Source: Salpingoeca rosetta
Taxonomy: Eukaryota; Protista; Choanoflagellata
Reading direction: 5' to 3'
NCBI GenBank assembly: GCA_033442325.1
Contig: JAWQFM010000019.1
Span: 979,870 to 1,043,869, forward strand
Length of the DNA: 64,000 bases
Below, piece after piece: positions 58,632-64,000 of the stretch; the stretch's first letter is position 1, and every line of letters starts with the position of its first letter. The notes under the pieces were generated by a model, which made no database searches, had not been told where the DNA came from, and was given only the letters and a program-made list of their open reading frames with translations. Both the position numbers and the translations under genes were made by a program.

Positions 58632-61559
58632 ATCCATCTGCTGCTTCGAGCCGGCCGACTTCTTGCTGTACGGGTTGAGCGCCGCCAGGGCCTCCTGCAC
58701 TTCGTCGTCCTCGCCAAAGTCCCACCCCGTGTCTGCGCCCGTGGCCTGGTGCACGGTTGACGCCGCAATCTCGCCGTGCACGGGGGTGAGGTGGGGCAGT
58801 AGTGACTCCTGCAGGTACTGCGACGGCACTTTCGATGCCTTCTGCTCGCAACAAGAGGAGATGCCATGGAGGAATAGGGGGTGGGCGATAAGCCGGGGAG
58901 GGGAGGCGTAGACACGCAGCACGTGCAGGATGCTTGTGTGAGTTCAGTCTCAGTGTGCGTCTTTGTGTGTCTGTGTGTGTCTGTGTGGGGGGGGGTGTCT
59001 GTGTCTGTTTGTCTGTCTGTCTGTGCGTGCGTCTGTGTCTGAGTATGTGTGTGTGCGTGTGCGTGCGCGCACGCGTCATCACCATCATCATCATCATCCT
59101 TATCGCCATACCTTGATGAATTCTGCCTTGAGGAGTTCAGCAGCTGTGGGCCGTTTGTCAGGATCGTACACTAGCACTTTCTTCAGCAGCTGCAGCGGAC
59201 AACGGCAAACGTGGAAAAGGTGAAGGTTCATGAGAGAGAGAGAGAAGGCGTGCACGCATGTGAGTGAGTGTGTGCGTGTGTGTTTGTGGCTTGTGTCCAT
59301 AGAAGAACAATTCAAGGCTGTCACCGGTCAGAGCACCCGCACAAACACTCACACCGCGTGCACAGCACGGCATGGTGTTTCTGACCTTTCGAAGAGACTT
59401 AAACGGTGAGAATTGGCGGCCCGTGAGCAGTTCGAGGTTGTCAAGGTCGGGAATGTACCCTTCAACCGCTTTGCGAAGAATCTGTACACAAGAAGGGGTG
59501 TGGGAGCATGGTGGTGAGGGGGGAGATGGCGGTGGGAAGGCTAGGAAGATGGATGAACAGACACACACACACACAACATGCACCACACACACACACACAC
59601 GCACCACACAAACATGCAGCACACACACAGACAGGCATACGCGCACCATTGACATGTCGAGGCTTGCGTATGGCGCTGTGCCAGAGACCAGTTCGACGAG
59701 GGTGATGCCAAAACTCCAGATGTCAGCAGAGGAGCGGTAGGGTTTCTGAACAGCAGTCGTGGGCGTGGCCGTGGTCGTCAGTTTAAACGTGACATGGATG
59801 GGCGAATGCCATAAAGCCACCCAAATCTAGTCCACAACACGTGTGCAGCAGCGTACAGGGGTGCGTGTGTGCGTGTTTCTTGGTGTACCTGGTTGAGAAT
59901 CTCTGGGGCCATCCAGCAAGGGGTGCCGGCCAGCGTTGTCTTGGACGCCTCAAACGTTTGCTGTTGAGGGACGCGTGACCAAGAGATCAATCAGACATGA
60001 GGGCCAAGGAGCGGTGGTAACGTTAGGGAGTTGAAGGCACACGTGCACACCTCGTCGGCTACGCACAAAGTGCATATGCGCGGACATACACACACACATA
60101 CACACATACACACATACACATACACACAAGCAAAAACACATAAACATAGAATACAGCCCCTCCCCCTCTTCAACCGGACACGACATCACAAGCACCAATC
60201 AATACATGACGTCGATCCGTCACCAAACATAGGCAGCAGACCTTGGCGGCAGCGCGGCGCTTTGCGGTTTCGCGAAAGTGTTTCCTGTCGAGGGCATCGG
60301 TGACGCTCGAGGCGAGGAGGGAGCTGACGCCAAAGTCGCCAAGCTTGACAACGCCGCCCTCAGCAAGCAGCAGGTTGCCGGCCTTGACATCTCTGTGGCG
60401 GTGGAGTGATGGTCGGGTGCACACCGTACATACACACGCACGCAGCCGAGGGGGAGGGGTGAATTGCATGTGGGGAAGGAGAGCTGAGGCAGCATCGCAT
60501 CGTCAAGTACGAACACACGACGCACGCGCTTGCACACATGCACACATGCACACGCATCCACGCAAACACAACGCATCCACGCAAACACAACGCATGCACG
60601 TAACAGCGGCACGGGCAGCACGGTGCGGACCTGTGGATGACAAAGTTTGAGTGGAGGTAGTTGAGGCCTTCGAGGACCTGCTTTGCAATGTTGGCGACAG
60701 TCAGGTCGTCCATCAGCTCCGTCTTGTCCGCAGTGGACGGAAGCTCTGACGTGAGGGCGGCGGCGTGGAGAGGGTGGTGACGAACATGGTGAGGGTGTTG
60801 TGCGGGTGTGGTGGTGGTCGTGGCGAAGGTGGTGATGATAGTGCAATGCGAGGGGTGAAGACAAGAAACCGGGCATAAAGGGGGAAAGTGTGCATTTGGG
60901 TCATGGAAGGGAGGTGAACGCAGTCGTGTGAGTGCACACGCACTTCGCCGTGGAGGTGCAATCTGCAGAAGAACATCAGCAAAGGAGCCTGTGGATAGCA
61001 GAAACGGTTTGATGGTTGGGAAAGCGCGGCGTGGGGTGGTGTTCGAGGTGAGATGGCGGCAGCAGCAAGGTTAGTGCCAAGGTTCGGACCAGTTGCAACA
61101 GCACATGCTCGTACGAACATGTGCACCCACGAGATCATGAACGCACGAGCGTGTGCAAGCACACATCAATGCACACATCAACGCATACATTAACGCACAC
61201 ATGAGCGCACACATGAACGGGCCGTCTGACCGTATTCGCAGAGTTCCATGACAACGTAGAGTTTTGTCTCGTGGGCAAAGGAGGTGAAGAGCTGGAGGAG
61301 GTTTTCGTGGCGCAGACCACGCATCATCATCAGCTCGTGCTGGGCATCCGTCAAGTCAACATCCTCAGACTCAAGGTTGATAATCTGTGGGTTTGGTATG
61401 GGGGAGGGGTGGTAATGATAGTGGTGGTGGTGGTGGTTGGTGGTGGTGGTGGTGGTGGTTGGTGGTTGGTGGTGGTGGTGGTGGTGGTGGTGGTGGTGTG
61501 AGCAGCATGGTACGACACATATGGTAGCAGTGCTGTGTAAAGATGACCAGCAGTATCCG

Positions 61560-61639
<80 letters not shown>

Positions 61640-61688
61640 CCACCACTGCTGCTGCGACGCACAAAATCCCACCACCACCGCCATTCAC

Positions 61689-61783
<95 letters not shown>

Positions 61784-62189
61784 CACGCAAGCTGCGGCAT
61801 CATTGCTGCTTGAATCACAAACACGCGCACGCACACTGGCGCATGAGCGCATGGTACCTTGAGAGCGCACTGCCTGTTGCCGCATGTGGCAATTTGCACG
61901 CTGGCCGTGGATCCCGACCCTACAAACGTAGCGATACATCGCAATCCACCACGCATGTGAGCACTGGCAAGGCAACGACAAACACGTCAAGTGTGGCTCT
62001 CGCGCCTAAGCTTCCACACCCCCTTACGCTTCCCCCCCCCCACACACACACACCACACACACACACCGCACATAAACACACGCGCGTGCGCGTACCGAGG
62101 ACGCGCTTGTTGGTGTAGGCGCCCTTGTTGGTGGGCCATGGCTCCACGGCCGAGTCTGTGGTATCGGCAGGCGGAGGTGACTTGGACAT
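56997..62189 (-). CDS. STE20-family kinase of the OSR1/SPAK (OXSR1/STK39/fray) type, multi-exon, Gln-rich linkers
   Basis: WPTNKGAY, GSGSTASV, IHR|DVKAGNLLL, KLGDFGVS, GTPCWMAPE, SADIWSFGITLVELVSGTAPY, DPDKRPTAAELL; WDFGEDDE (WEF-like MO25-binding motif); C-terminal CCT-like FNLRIR...VTFTI...DALGFTKTLVSSGF. Confidence 0.88.
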
Positions 62190-63578
62190 GTCTGGCTGAG
62201 TGGTGGCTCACAACAGATGACTCTGCAAGTCACAAGGACAACAAAAGGGACGGAGTGGAGGCGGAGCGGCTTGCTGCTGGCCCTGCGTGACCCTTCCTGT
62301 CACCGGCAAGGGGGGAGAGGCCGTGGAACCGCACAGCGGAGTGGAATCCAGCGCCAATCGAGGGGGATAGGGGCCAGGTTTGGTCAAGTTGGTCGTGATA
62401 AGAGACGTTGGTTGTGACAGCAGGTGAGCTGTGTGGAGGATGGGATTGACTGTTGGTCAGCAACGGTTCCGAGAACAGTGCTAACGTGCAAGCTGTAGTC
62501 GAAGTGATGATGCAAAGGCCGACGTACACATCAGAAGGAGAACACCAAGGGGAAGGGGGGGCGCAAGTCGTGAGTCGAGTGGTGAGGGCGGATCGGTAAT
62601 GGCAACGGTGGTGGTGATGATGATACACAGTAGACTAAGCTGAAGGAAAGAAAGAAGGAAGGAAGGAAGGGGCATATGAAGCGGATGCAAGGGATGTGTG
62701 AAGCATGTCGCCACAAACCCACACACACACGCCACACACACGCCACACACACGCCACACACACACACACGTTTGTCCACACTCATGCCTCAAAAGACTGA
62801 TTTGGCGACAGATGACTCACGCGCTGGTGAGGCGGGGAGGATGACGAAGGTTTGCGCTGTCTTCTTCGAAAAGAAGGAAGAGGTAAGGCACAGCACAGCA
62901 CGATCTCGGCAACCACCGCGTCTGCAGAAAGCGCACAGGCGCACAAACAAACACACACAAAACCAAGAAGGAACAAGGGACGCTGGTTGGTTGGTTGGTT
63001 GTGGATGTGCGTGTGGGTGTTGGTGGGAGGGGGTGCATGCACTTTTGGGTGCCTTCTCGTATGCACGCGTGCTGAAGCGAGCAAGCCAGCTAGCTAGAGA
63101 GCGACTGAGCGAGCACGCCTTCCACCCTCCTCTTGCCTGTGCTTGACTGTGTTGCCAAAGACGCAGAAGGAAGCCAGGGAGCACCACCACACACAGGAAG
63201 AAGGGGAGAGAAGAAGCGAGGCACACTTTTGCTTGTCTGGCTGGTCTGCCTTCTTGCTCTGGATTTAATTTTTTTTTTTCTTCTGGTGCGTTGGGGCGCG
63301 ATTCGCTGGAAGCTTCCAGCAAACAGCAAAAATTGTAAAATACGGCAAATTTTCGAGTTCCGGATTTCTGCATCGACATCACAAAAAAAAACAAGGGCAA
63401 AGTTTGATTTGATTTCGCGAGGGATGCTGCGCGAAGAACCGAGGAGGAGGGGGTGTAGTTGCGTGAGTTGTTTGCGTGCTTGGTTGTGTTGTGTTGTGTT
63501 GTGTTGTGTTGTGTGTGTGATGGGCGCCGAGTGTGCGTGTTCTGGCCACACAAACCATTTCCAGAAGAAACCGCGACC

Positions 63579-63617
63579 ATGAGTGAGGGCCACATCGACT
63601 ACTACGAGCTGCTCGGG
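63579..63617 (+). CDS. First exon of a probable DnaJ/Hsp40 J-domain protein
   Basis: MSEGHIDYYELLG followed by a GT donor; DYYxxLGV is the typical start of a J-domain. The rest lies outside the window. Confidence 0.65.
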
Positions 63618-63836
63618 GTGCGTGCGCTCTCTGGGGGTGCGTGCGCTCTCTGGGTGTGCGTGTGGGTGTGGGTATGCCTGCATGCGCTCCCCCAAGAACG
63701 CGCTCTGCCTGCCGACGCGTGTGGCTGCCTGTGTCCTTGGTCGTTGCGGCTTCCTTCTGCTTTGTTGTTGGTTATGAGTGCCCGCCACGACAGCCCCCTC
63801 ATAACCGACCCCCCTCACACCCAACACCCCCCCCCC

Positions 63837-63919
<83 letters not shown>

Positions 63920-64000
63920 GTACCTGCCTTTTTTATTCGTTAAGGAGGGGAGCAGAGCTGGTTAGTTAATTTGCTGGTCTATAGGCTACCACATGAGAGA

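Noticed and set aside
63260-63425. AT-rich stretch with TTTCGCG (E2F-like) between the kinase and DnaJ genes
   Set aside because: Probably promoter DNA, but the motif match is short and imperfect, so no specific site is claimed.

Overview
Intron-rich eukaryotic genomic DNA whose introns are full of (CA)n/(TG)n and other microsatellites. The style and gene set suggest a choanoflagellate such as Salpingoeca rosetta (inference). Most listed ORFs are microsatellite read-through artefacts, so genes were rebuilt by hand from exons; homology calls are from recalled family motifs, not searches. Genes in order: a 5'-truncated EGF/FN3 membrane protein (+), DPH2 (+), IFT80 (-), a kynurenine aminotransferase (-), a Crinkler-like REase-fold plus kinase gene (+), an intronless secreted 7-bladed repeat protein (-), two head-to-head mini-filamins, a plant-type NADKc (zeta-toxin-fold NAD kinase) homologue with an inserted thioredoxin (+), an FN3 single-pass protein (-), a kaptin-like gene (+), an ACP5-type purple acid phosphatase (-), an OSR1/SPAK kinase (-) and the first exon of a DnaJ gene (+). 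The clearest structural result is a ~7.1 kb PIF/Harbinger transposon (49158-56282; perfect 26-bp TIRs, AAA TSD) inserted at codons 6-7 of the phosphatase signal peptide. It carries an intron-containing DDE transposase and a convergent accessory gene with PHD finger, SQ/TQ cluster and Myb/SANT-like domain. A recurring sense-strand TTT(C/T)(C/T)ACAAT motif sits just upstream of many start codons.
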